Source: Rhina ancylostomus | Lineage: Eukaryota | Length of the DNA stretch: 64,000 bases | Direction: 5' to 3' | Assembly (NCBI GenBank): GCA_030265395.1 | Contig: JARFYF010000112.1 | Location: 77,389,880 to 77,453,879 of the forward strand | In this document: positions 25,175-36,140 of the stretch, one piece after another | Position numbering within the stretch: position 1 is the first letter of the stretch | Layout of the letters: each line of letters begins with the position of its first letter | Translations under genes and position numbers: made by a program | Notes under the pieces: generated by a model | The model's input: the letters and a program-made list of their open reading frames with translations, nothing else | The model's database searches: none | What the model was told of the DNA's origin: nothing

Positions 25175-25392
25175 CATAGATGCTGGAAATTTGGAGCAAC
25201 ACACACAAAATGCTTTAAGAACCCAACAAGTCAGGCAGCATCAATGGAGGGAAATGACTGGCCTTTTCCTTTTTCTGGTCCTCTTCCTTTCCAGTCCTGA
25301 TGAAGGGTCTCAGCTTGAAACGTCGACTGTTCATTTCCCTCCATAGATGCTGCCTGACCTGCTGAGTTCTTCCAGCACTTTGTGTGTGTTGT
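25175..25392. mobile_element. Penelope-derived short repeat as an inverted (fold-back) pair
   Basis: The left arm (…CAACACACACAAAATGCT…AGTCAGGCAGCATCAATGGAGGGAAATGA) is the reverse complement of the right arm (TCATTTCCCTCCATAGATGCTGCCTGACCTGCTGAG…TGTGTGTGTTG). Confidence 0.85.
25292..25329 (+). ncRNA. Minimal type I hammerhead ribozyme motif (best-preserved copy)
   Basis: CAGTC (25292-96), CTGATGA (25297-303), A-GGGTCTCAGCTT (stem II), GAAA (25317-20), CGTC (GUC cleavage triplet ending 25324), GACTG (25325-29). CAGTC/GACTG form a perfect 5-bp stem I. Confidence 0.75.
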
Positions 25393-26077
25393 TATTATAT
25401 GTAACACTTTTCCCCCACCCCCCATGAACAGATCCAATGTGTCTGAAGCTTGCAGCTTGATACACTTCAGAACATTGTTTATGGTGCTGAAAATGAGCAA
25501 TACCGAGTTAATTGCACCTGAGGCTCTGTGTCACGGGCCCAGTTCGAGTTTACAGCTGAGCAATGGAAATCTAAACTGGTTCAAAGACAATAGATATGAA
25601 CCCAGAGCTATTGGTAGAGGAAATTAAATAAAGTTGTCCTAGATAGTGTGGAGAGAGCATAGAATATCAAATGACTGTGCAAGTTCAGAAGCAAGCATGC
25701 AAGTGAAGTCCAGAATCTATAAGAGGTCACACTGGTGGAGGCATTTCTTAAGGAATGATGATCCAGAATTGAGCTTGAGCATTTATATTTTGTGTTATTT
25801 TGTGTCTCACCAGCCCTTCTGGGAAGTAATAAATTATGTATACTAATTTCTGATCACTGACATTTAAAAGAATAGAAGGTGAGTGAGATCAGTTTGTGGT
25901 TCAACGACCAAATGAGTACTTGCATGATAAAAACCCATTGCCAGTCAAACAAGCAGTACTGAAGAAGCACATTAGAAGTTTATATTGTTGGCAACCAGTT
26001 ATTATTTAAGAGTTCGTTGGGGTCTTTGTGTTAAAACACAGGGCTGAACAGAAGAAAATTAAAAGCAGTGTAATATG

Positions 26078-26217
26078 AAAGCAAACTACTGCAAATGTTG
26101 AAAAATTGAAATTAGAACATAAAATGCTGGAAATACTCAACAGATCAGGGAGCATCGATGGAGGGAGAAACAAAGGTAAGATTTCAGGCTAATGTCCTTT
26201 CATCAGAGCTGATGAAA
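26078..26217 (-). mobile_element. Older Penelope-derived short repeat with hammerhead core
   Basis: The minus strand reads CTGATGA-AAGGACATTAGCCT-GAAA-TCTT…GATGCTCCCTGATCTGTTGAGTATTTCCAGCATTTT. It ends in the palindrome TTTCATCAG-AG-CTGATGAAA. Confidence 0.7.
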
Positions 26218-26277
26218 AGCAAAATAATAATGGACGATGACAGAAGTGTTTTCTTGTCAAATAATGTTGGTAATATA

Positions 26278-26636
26278 TTTTTAAATTTATTCACGGTATA
26301 CAAATGTCATTAACAATGCCACCATATATTGTTCATCCCTAAATGCTCCTGAACTGATAGGGAGTTAACTCACATCACATTGGTCTGGAGTCACACATGT
26401 GCCAGAGTGGATAAGGACAGCAGACTCCCTCTCCTGAAGGACATTAAAAACCCAATGGGTTTTTATGACAGCCCATTAGTTTTATGGTTACTGCACCTGT
26501 AACCACCTTTACTTCCAGATTTATTTAATTATTTGATTCTAAGTTTCCCAGCTGCCATGGTGGGATCCATACTCTTGTCTCTGGATCAATGATCCAGAAC
26601 TCCAGCTGCGAGTTCAGTAATCCAACCACCATGCCA
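26278..26636 (-). mobile_element. Near full-length tRNA-derived SINE (same family as 535-1330)
   Basis: …CATCCCTAAATGCTCCTGAAC…GGTCTGGAGTCACACATGTGCCAG…CCAGCTGCCATGGTGGGAT…, colinear antisense to the 535-1330 element. Confidence 0.7.
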
Positions 26637-26847
26637 GAGTATCGATAAAGGTGTAGCAGTTATTTGCAGTTAGAAAAATGAAGACAATTCAGATAGTACG
26701 CAACTCATTAGCGGGAATAATCTCTTGCTGTTGTTTCGCTAAACATTGTTTTGTGCTCCAAAATATGGTAGGAATTTGACATACATATCCAGCAGATCTC
26801 AGTTACTTGTTAGACATTTTTAAATCACTTAAAATTTATTCTGTTGA

Positions 26848-27093
26848 TGAAGAGGAGTGTCTTCAGCCAGAGGATGATGAACCTGTGGAATTTATTGCCA
26901 CAGATGGACATGGAGGAAAGTCATTGGGTATACTTAAAGTGGAGGTTGACAGGTTCTTGATTAGTAAGAGCATCAAAGGTTATGGGGAAAAGGCAAGAGA
27001 ATGGGGTTGAGAGAGAAAAATAAATCAGCCATGATCAAACGGTGGAGCAGACTTGATGGGCCAAATAGCCCGATTCTGCTCCTTTGTCTTATG
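26848..27093 (+). mobile_element. CR1 LINE 3' end
   Basis: Encodes KSLGILKVEVDRFLISKSIKGYGEKAREW, then the 3' UTR ATCAGCCATGATC…CCGATTCTGCTCCT…TCTTATG. Confidence 0.85.
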
Positions 27094-27199
27094 ATAATTA
27101 CTGACAGAATTCATTCTCTCTTCCCAATCCATGCTTTTTTTTTATCCTGTGCTTGTTTCCTGAAAATGATGCAAATTAAAATGCATTTAAAGAGAGAAA

Positions 27200-27725
27200 A
27201 CGTGGAAAACAAGAGGAGTTGGTCATTCAGCCCTTCAAGCCTGTCCCACCATTCAATATGAACATTACTGATCATCCAAATTCAGTATCCTGTTCTTGCT
27301 TTCTCACAATAAACCTTGATCTCTTTAGTCCTAAGAAGCACATCTAACTGATTTGACTTCAACTGCCTTCACTGGTAATAAATTCCACAGTTTTATCATT
27401 TTATTCTATGATGATTCATTTTTATCTTGTCTCAGTTCTGCATAGCTTGTCTTTAATCCTCAGACTGTGACCCCTGGTCCTGCTCTTCCCTGCCATCATA
27501 ACATCCTGCACACAGTTAGTCTGTCCTGTAAGAATTTTGTAGATTTCTCTGAGACCACATCTTATTCTTCTAAACTCAGGCGAATATAAGCCAATCATCC
27601 CCATATCTCTTCATATGTCAGAACTGCCATCCCAGGAATTAATCTGATGAATCTTCACTGTGTTTTGTCCTGAGAAAGAACAGCCTTCCCCAGTTAAGTA
27701 GACCAAAACTGCACACAACATTGCA
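27200..27725 (-). mobile_element. CR1 LINE 3' fragment
   Basis: The antisense frame reads GLYSPEFRRIRCGLREIYKILTG…GKSRTRGHSLRIK; CR1 3' UTR at ~27210-27300. Confidence 0.8.
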
Positions 27726-27789
27726 TCAGGATACTTTTGGCTGATATCCTTCCTCACCTTTGTATTGATTTCTGCCTTTNNNNNNNNNN

Positions 27790-27870
27790 TTCTCCCTAAG
27801 CATTGAATGCTCCGGGATATTCAGTTCCCATCCTTGGTCACCATTACCCATATCTCCATAATTGACATAT
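27790..27870 (-). mobile_element. CR1 ORF2 AP-endonuclease fragment
   Basis: The minus strand encodes GDQGWELNIPEHSMLR, resembling the CR1 endonuclease motif W(E/Q)LNIxGY..FR. Confidence 0.55.
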
Positions 27871-28494
27871 TATTTCCACTTACATCTGCTAATCCACAGA
27901 AATTTGTTGGTACCATCTCCCTTTTTATGGTCACCATTCTTAACAACTTACGGTCTCTTTTGCAAAGCAGCTTAGTGTTCCATTTAAAGGGAATCTCTTT
28001 ATTGGTGTTTTCCCAATGGCTGTAATCTCAATTAAGATCCAGTCTTATGTCAATGTCATTTATTAATTTTGCATCTTTGAGTGAGAATCTATGTCATTTA
28101 TTTTCTGTAGAGCCAGATTGCTGAGGACTGCAGGGTGAGCATTAGTGGAGCATGGATAATGATACCTTCACCACAGGAAATGGCCTGTTTCATATGATGA
28201 CTTTTATTTTGAAAGGTTAATGGATGTCCTAACCAGCCAGGATATTACATTTAATATTACATAATAAGAAGTGATGATGGATTTCTTTGTAATAAGACCT
28301 GAGAAAATGAGCAGAGGATCAAGATACTTGACAAGCTATAAAAATATTGACATAGATATCACATACATTGTATCCACGTACAGTATGCTTCAGGTGAGTG
28401 TAATAAACAACTTGCTCATTATCTGATTTCTGCTAGTTGTTTTCAGCAACATTTGTTGCTTTAGTTCCACTCAGGTCCCCTCCCTCAGCTCTTC

Positions 28495-29790
28495 TTCCAG
28501 TATATTTAAAACTCTGTCCGTACCACTTCCTAATCTTGCCTCTTTAAATATTCTGGGTAGAGAACTCCAGAGATTTGCCACCACAAATTCTATTCTCCCA
28601 GTTTCTTTGCCTTTACTGCAAGTGTTCCAACAATACCATCTTCTTTTGTGAGATGGTTAGGTCTATTTCCTACCTCTTCTCCCTACCAGAAGTATCCAAG
28701 GAATCCCTTGTCCCAACCCTCACACCGTCATTCCCAGCCATGTTCTTTTGCGATCTCAGACACCTCCAAAATGACACCATTACCAGACACAGCTGCTTTC
28801 CTTTCCTCTTTCAGCTTTCTGAAGGACCATTCTCTCAGGGATGCTCTGCATCATCTCACCATCCCACCAGCAGTCATTCCTGTGCAAGTGAAGGAAAGCC
28901 AATATCTGATGAAGGGTCTTGGCCCAAAATGTCAACTGTTCATTTCCCTCCATAGATGCTGCCTGACCTGCTGAGTTCCTCCAACATTGGAGTTCCTCCA
29001 GCATTTTGTGTGTTGCTCCAGATTCCAGCATCTGCAGTCCCTTGTGTCTCTGAAATGCAAGATCTGCACTTCCCCTCTTCTTTCCCACTTCCTAAGGTCT
29101 GAACATTCTCTGCTGTTAAAGCAATGATTTCTTTCACTTTAGTAAACTGCATTGACTGCTCATGATGTTGTTTCATCCACTCTGCGAGACACCATAACCA
29201 GACTGATTGATCATTTTTTGGCACACTTCCATCCACTTTGCAAGCTTGATACCGAGCTTTTTGTCATCTGTTACATTAATTCTCATATCCTCTCCTGTTC
29301 TGGCAGCTCTGCCTCAGACCCTTCACGACTCCAACGAACTTCAACATCAGCTCAGGTTATCTGCTGGGTAAAATCATTACAGATTTCAAATGCAACATTA
29401 TGGTCAATAAGTTCAGATCATCAGCATTTTCAGCTTTATTTATAATTCTCATCATTTATAGAATTGTCAATTTATAACTTCAGATAATAATCTCTCTCAA
29501 CTTACATGTCCACAAGATAGATATGTTTCTTTGTTTGTCTCATTATCATCATCTTTCACCCTCGAGTATCACTCCTTTGTCTACTATCCTATCACAGACC
29601 TTCCCTTGTGTTCTCTTTGTTCCTCCCCCTTTCTCTGCATCTTAAAGCTCATTTATCTCTATCTGTTACTAGGTTCTGACAAAAGACCATTGGCCAGAAA
29701 AATTAACTCTGCTTCATTGATGATTCCTGACCTGCTGAGTAGTTTCTGTTTGTAGGTAGGATTTCCAGCATCAGCAGTATTTTGCTTTTG
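28495..29790 (+). mobile_element. Decayed Penelope-like retroelement (RT C-terminus, Zn-finger linker, GIY-YIG endonuclease, 3' pLTR with hammerhead remnant)
   Basis: Frameshifted peptides ILFSQFLCLYCKCSNNTIF, LRHLQNDTITRH, KDHSLRDAL, FLCK*RK, LVNCIDCS*CCF and DTITRLIDHFLAHFHPLCKLDTELFVICYINS parallel the PLE motifs IPFSQFLRLRRICS, FRHLQ.DPTT.H, RDHSLRDSL, LVYCI.CS.C..YIGET.R.L.DRF.EH and PVA.HFNS. The terminal segment is GGTTCTGACAAAAGACCATTGGCCAGAAAAATTAACT at 29672-29708. Confidence 0.75.
28906..29050 (+). mobile_element. Younger Penelope-derived hammerhead repeat nested in the old Penelope ORF
   Basis: CTGATGA-A-GGGTCTTGGCCC-AAAA-TGTC-AACTG (CpG-decayed GAAACGTCGAC), then …ATAGATGCTGCCTGACCTGCTGAGTTCCTCC…AGATTCCAGCATCTGCAGTCCCTTGTGTCTC. 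Confidence 0.85.
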
Positions 29791-31067
29791 TGCCTTTAGC
29801 ACAATCTTGGCCCGCAGATATTGTGAGAGGACAGACTGTTCTGACCAAGCTTCGAGTTAGTGTTGTCTCAGGACATTCTTTTCCTTCCACACTAATACTC
29901 CAGTTGGCGCTAGTTGGGCAGTCAACTTATATAGAATAATGTTTCTGCAGATTCAATATCATTAACCATAGGAAAATCTTTCCATGATTAACCTTTATTA
30001 TATTCACCTCTGCTGTCTTTCCTGTGATTCCAGTTGCTTTTCATAATAGGTTAGCTATACTTTGTTGATATGTACATGGACTTTTGTAAGGAGATTACTT
30101 GTTTATTAAAAAAAGCTCAGGAAATATTATGAATCGAGCTATTACTTATAATAGGTGCAGTGAAATGTCAAATGGAACTTTCTCAAGGATATTGATATTG
30201 TAATAGCTAAACTCTAGACAGACTTGGCAATGCTCAATTTGCAGATCAAATCTTAATGGGCTTCTAGATGCAAATAAAAGGCTTTTCAAGTGGAAAAATA
30301 ATATTAGCCAAAGCTCTTTAAAGATCCAATAATACCAGTGATGGTAATCTTTCTTTTGAGCTTTTATCATACGTTAAACTTCCATCTTAAACAAATTCAT
30401 GTCTTCCTTCATTGAATTTTTTGGACTGTTGTGGGCCATATTCCATGAATCAAGAAACAGCTTGGCTTCAGTTACTAGGGTCAGTCATCACTGTGCCCTT
30501 CTATCTGACTATCACTTTCCCAGTAAGAGGATAGAGGAATGTTCAGATTTCATTGAGAATTATAGCCAAAAGTCACATCCAGATTCCATTTAGCATAAGG
30601 GATAAACATTTCATCATTCAGTTTCATCGGAAAGTAGATGAAAGTAGAAAGCAGTTCTCAAGTGGAAAGTAGAATGGAGAGGTATGGATTTGTGAAAGAT
30701 ACTTTGATGTTGTCTCGCCAGAAACCGTACTGAAAGAAAATCCAGATGACCATTAGCCTCCAATGGGGATAAGATACTGGGTCATTCTGTAATGGAACTG
30801 GCATGACGAAATGCATACTTTGATGCATTTCCCATGACATTCTAGCATAATAAGATCCTCATATAAATGCAAGGCACATTCATCAAGAGGACTAACCATG
30901 TTTGTTGATAGTTTAGTAGTACCATAAATGTGCATATTTTATTTCTGATTGCTGTAGTAGAATGGCTGACTACTCAGTCTAAGCAACTTGACATTGTACA
31001 TATTAAAATAAATGTGTTATGAGGATTGGCAAGTACTGTCAAATTTAACAGTGTACAATATTTATGA

Positions 31068-31377
31068 TGTTGTGGCAACTTACCTTTCATGAACCGGCTC
31101 CCACGATCGCGAGCGTCGTCAGAGGCCCCGACACAAGATGGCGCGGGGCACTCCTTCTTTGTGGGCTNNNNNNNNNNNNNNNNNNNNNNNNNNNNNNNNN
31201 NNNNNNNNNNNNNNNNNNNNNNNNNNNNNNNNNNNNNNNNNNNNNNNNNNNNNNNNNNNNNNNNNNNGTCAGCACGGAAACTGTTTATTAAAGGGGCAGC
31301 GCACCCCAGTCATTCATTCGACTCTTGGATTCCAAACAAGTGTCCCGTGTCTTTATTTAGTGTAGCTAGCCACTACA
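31068..31377 (+). mobile_element. Solo LTR (probably Gypsy-type), CpG-rich, with a 100-N gap inside
   Basis: Begins TGTTGTGGC and ends GCCACTACA (8/9 inverted match, TG…CA). Flanks are ATGA/ATGT (3/4 TSD). ATTAAA at 31287-31292. Orientation is tentative. Confidence 0.7.
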
Positions 31378-31547
31378 ATGTACCTACTGTGGCCCAATGG
31401 TGTTCACAGAACCGCTATTTCAGTAATTTTAAATTGAAAGTTAGACTGAGTCTATTATCAGAATCAGTACCAATAATGTCAATTCATCAAAGGGCATTCT
31501 GAAATTGGACCTAGTATATAGAATCTTATTTCATTAGCAATGTGAAA

Positions 31548-31745
31548 ATCAAAAAACAGCTGCATATGTTAGAAATCTAAAATAAAACGAAAAAATGCTG
31601 TAAGTATTGAGCAGGTCAGGCTGCATCTGTAGGAAGAGCAACACAGTCAATGTTTCAGACCCTTCATCAGACTGGGAAGGAGACAAATGAAGCTTGCTAA
31701 GCTGTAGAAGGTAGGGGGTGAAGGGATATATCTCATAAGGTAAAA
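31548..31745 (-). mobile_element. Penelope-derived short repeat with hammerhead core
   Basis: The minus strand reads CCAGT-CTGATGA-AGGGTCT-GAAA-CATT-GACTG (31644-31675), then CAGATGCAGCCTGACCTGCTCAATACTTACAGCATTT. Confidence 0.75.
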
Positions 31746-32324
31746 CCAGGATGACCATAGGGATAAGCTGAAAACAAGGTTACTGACCAATGAGAGAGTG
31801 AGGACATAAACATAGCATAGACAAAACCACACAGGATTTGCAAAATGCAGAGCAGGAAGGCATACCCAGCAAGCCAGGTAGGACATGTTCTCCACACAGA
31901 AAGGTGCTGTGGAGTGGGGAAACAACAAATCTTGTGACAAGTACTTGTGAAACTACATGCATGCCTGCAAAGCCCAAGGAAGGCCAGATAACTTTGAGAA
32001 GTCCTAAGACAGATGTTAAACTCTCTCATGGATGACTCTGAGGAGGCTAACATCTATATGTTCTGGCCATCTTTGTCATCCTGGAAAACCAACACTTGTA
32101 ACCTTGGGTCAGATAATTATAAGTATCCTTAATGCAGGGGACACAGCCCTCTAAAATAGGTCATTTCTTCCTCCATTGTCCATGTGAAGAAAATAGTACA
32201 TTGCCATTAACTGTTATAAAGAACATTATAACACAGCAACATGGGCTGACCTTTATTTTGTTTTGAATGATATATTTACAATTCAAAAAAAATATAGTGG
32301 GCTGGTCCAAATGTGAATGATCAA

Positions 32325-32630
32325 TGACAAACTGGTTCAGTGGGGCAGATCGTAGAATTGCTATCGCACGTGGAGCTCCAGTGACTTAGTTCAATATTGT
32401 CATAGTTCGATACTTAGTTCAATATCTTAATTCGGTAGTCTCTGTGGAGTTTGCACATTCCCTCTGTGACTGAATGGGGCTCTTTCGGGTGCTTCAGTTT
32501 TCTCCCATAGTTGATGGGAAGAATACATCTGGACTAGTGTAGGATTAGTTTAAGTAGGTAAACATGTGCTTTGTGGCAGTGTGGGCTTGTTGGGCCACAG
32601 GGCCTGTTTCCATTCTGTGTAACTCTATGA
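32325..32630 (+). mobile_element. V-SINE (HE1-like) with a locally repeated B-box region
   Basis: V-domain CTGTGGAGTTTGCACATTCCCTCTGTGACTGAATGGGG…TTTCTCCCA and tail GGGCCTGTTTCC…ACTCTATGA. TAGTTC(A/G)ATA occurs three times at ~32387-32424. Confidence 0.75.
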
Positions 32631-33944
32631 GCAAAAACACAGTGTATTATTAAAATGATGCCATTGCCAACTGAGATGCAATATTGAATAAAAGAGAAAG
32701 TTAGCTCTCATAAAAATGTGTTCATTAGTTACCAAAAATACTATGTATAAAAACTGGAAGGATTTGACAGGCCTGGGGATAATGAAACTGCATTAGTGTT
32801 TGAAAGCACTATATTTCTCTCATTCTTACTTAAATTACTGAGCTTCTTGAGCTTGCTCTGTATTTCATGTGAGCAATTCGGTATTGCCATGTTATTTTGC
32901 TTTAACTTGAAACAATACTACAGCAGTAGGTGCTGGTTGACAAGGTTAATGGATGCAAAAATCTGAGTCTATGTTGCAGAAGTATTGGTTTCTATCCAAC
33001 ATAAAGCAGGTTGAGAGACTGCATGCAAGTTTTGCAAAAGGCCCATAAGAAACCACATTCATTTAAACTAGATTGACATGAAGCCACACCAAATAGTTCC
33101 AGTCTCAAATGTTTCGGGGAAGATTGCACAGAAAATTTAACAGGTACACATCTACCAATGGTTCTGATGAAGTTTCACCTTATTAGATAACTGCCAGGCA
33201 TTCAACAGCCAGTTGATGTCTCACAATTTGACCCTGGTGCAATGAAGTCAATCTGTTCACGTTCAGTCACCCATTTACCCACCAGACTGTGTGACTCTTT
33301 CCCGGTTGTTGTTCTCATGTCAATTTTATGCTGTGCAGTGTGCACAGTTTAACAACACAAAATGTGTGGTGGATGGTAAATCTCACGATGAATGACTAAC
33401 AGATGATATTTAACAAACACAGGCTAATTTTTGAAGCATTTTGGTGACCGAGTTTAAAGATGGAGTGCCATCAGGTGCCTCCTCCACAGGATGCAACATG
33501 ATGCTGTGCAATATTAAGAAACCAAAAAGTTCACTGATACAGGAACTGTAAAAAGGTCCAGCAGCATAATTCTGGCTCTGCTTTGATTGCTCTGCAGGAT
33601 AATGCTTATGGGCTTTGTCTTCACTCTTGCCATCACTATGTCATTGAAATGTAAAACATGAAGGCTGTTCTTTACTATGACCTCTTATTGTTGAATAAGA
33701 TCCTTCTGTTTAGTGGGTAGTGGGAGTATATAATTATGTGCAATTGTCTGAGTTCAGCCTGTCATTGAAAGGCTGAATTATTTCAATTTAAAGATACAAA
33801 AGAGCATAATTCATCCAGCAGCCAGAGAAAAATATCTCAATCAGGAAGTGCATTCCAACAATTTCTCAGTTGTTATATTACTTCAATTAAAAATGAAACT
33901 TCACTTACTCAGGAATATGGAAAGTGTTATTTCAGGATATTTCT

Positions 33945-34290
33945 TGGAAATAGGAGACAGGAGAAGGGCTATTTAGCCTGCCAAGTCTTTTCCACCTTTA
34001 AGTGAGATCATGGCAATTCTGTGACCTAACTCCACAAACCTGCCTTTTGTCCATATAATTTTTACTTTTGATTAACAAAAACATATCAATCTTAGGTTTA
34101 AAATTAACAGCTACATTGTTATTTATTGTCATTTTCAGAAAAGAATGCTATATTTTGACCACTCTTTGTGTGTAAGAGTTACCAAAGACTTGGCTCGAAA
34201 TTTTAGGTTAAGTTCCTTAGTACCAAACTCCCAAAGGGACGACCACTGGAAATGGTTTCTCCTTGTGTGCCTTATGAATTCCTTAATACC
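33945..34290 (-). mobile_element. Old CR1 3' fragment
   Basis: GAAATAGGAGACAGGAGAAGGGCTATTTAGCC…GAGATCATGGC…CCTAACTCCAC. Confidence 0.6.
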
Positions 34291-36140
34291 TAAATCAAAT
34301 CACCCTTTTAGAGACAGTATTAGTGCATTTGGGGTGAAATCATAATAAATGAATGAATTCTATTTCCATTGTTTTAACAAAGGGATAAACAATTTCTCAC
34401 TGTTTAAGTAGCTGTCATGGAATCTCATATGAATATGTTGATACATTTGCATGAAAATAGTTATGGTAGAATTCCACCTTAATAACTAGTAAGACATTCT
34501 ACCCAAAATAGATTACATTAACTTAGAGAGAGTGACATCCTTCAATGAAGTGGAATAATCTGAATGTTACCATCATTCCACCATATGCTTCAATATATTT
34601 GTCAGAATGAAGTTTGAATAAACAGAAGACATTTTCATATTACTGCTGCATTCTACCGTAAATAATGAGATGGAATCCTGTGACAGACCTTTTCATCCAT
34701 ATTCCTCCATTCTAATTAGCATCAACAATATGTTGTCAAATTTGCTATAACTTGTCAAGAAAGTTAATTAGGTATAGTTTATGGTTGCGTATAAGAATTG
34801 GAAAAGGGAAGCTCTGTCAGGAGGGAAACTAAACTCATCATTTACATCAATGACGCCTTGCAGTCTGTGCTTGAGCTGATGCACACATCTCTAACATTGA
34901 CAAATGCGGGCATTACCCAGGAAAGGGACTAGTTTACTGGAGGATTATGCTTGTCAGGACATAAGAGATTTAATGTCATTCAGAAACAGCCACAATAAGA
35001 ACTGGGGTTTATTACGGTGGGAGAAAGAAAATAGATTGGCAAAATCAGCCAGACTTTTATTTGTTTTTAGCTCAACAGATTTTGATATGTTTCTTCCAAT
35101 TTAAAAAAAAACAATTGAAAATATTGTACGTAGTTTTGCACCAGATGGTTATTCACTTTTCTCTCATGCCTCCAACTTAATATATACTTCCGTTTGTACT
35201 GGGTACCTGCCTCTTTCTTAGCCTAATGATCATTTTTTATACCTGCACAGTAGATTGAATACTTGTGGGCTTTTTGGTTGAGTAGAGATGAGGGGAGGAA
35301 AGAAAAAAGATTATGGCCAAGCTCCATTCTGCTTTCACTTAATATTCTCAAACGCATACATTTCATATCTTTACTACCAGAAGTCATTTGACATTGGTAT
35401 ATTTGAGACCATGGCAGATTTTCTTTCATCCCCCTGAGTTCAGGGTCAATTGTAGGATTGTCACTAACTGCTGCTCAGCTGAGAACAGCAGAGGTGGGAG
35501 ATCAAACTCTGAACAAAATTATTTTTATCTCCATTGCTCCTTGAAACCATAGGCGACGTTATTAAAAATGAATCTTTACACTATCCCCATGAAGATACCC
35601 AACCCTTATTAAGAGTGTCTATCAGCACAAAACCCTTCCCACTCTACTAATCAAACTCTTGCCTGGTAGAAGCATGCTTAAATGAAGGAAGAGATAACAA
35701 GCAGCAGTTTTAATCCTTGCTGTGTTGAATTCCGTTTTACTATTTACAAAATATAGATATGCCTCTTGGTTGCTTAGTTGCAGCAAAATTAACTCAATAA
35801 TCTATTGCACCACAGGTAAATTTTCAATTCTCCATCTCTCCTGGTTTCCATTAAATTGAGTAGAAGTGTATTCCATGGTAGATTACTGATAATTCTAATC
35901 TGCTGTGTCATTGATACTGTCAGTTATGGCAGCAAAGTTGGCTAGCTCCATTCTGAGCATGTCTCCTCATTACTTTGCAAGCCACAGTTTCAACCAAAAG
36001 AAAAAATGCCCACCTTCAGGCTCCAATCACAAATTTGATGACTGTCCATTATATTATCCAACTAATTTGTCAAACTATTCATAATTAGGTAAAGCTTCTG
36101 GACCATCTATGGTCTGAAGACAAATGTAGCCATAAACATC

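Noticed and set aside
33163-33185. Isolated CTGATGA (also at ~45866 and ~54957)
   Set aside because: There is no complete stem II-GAAA-NUH-stem I arrangement and no downstream repeat body, so these are not counted as hammerheads.
33450-33660. Minus-strand frame FNDIVMARVK…CTASCCIL, faintly like a Harbinger transposase C-terminus
   Set aside because: Too few conserved residues to distinguish from chance.
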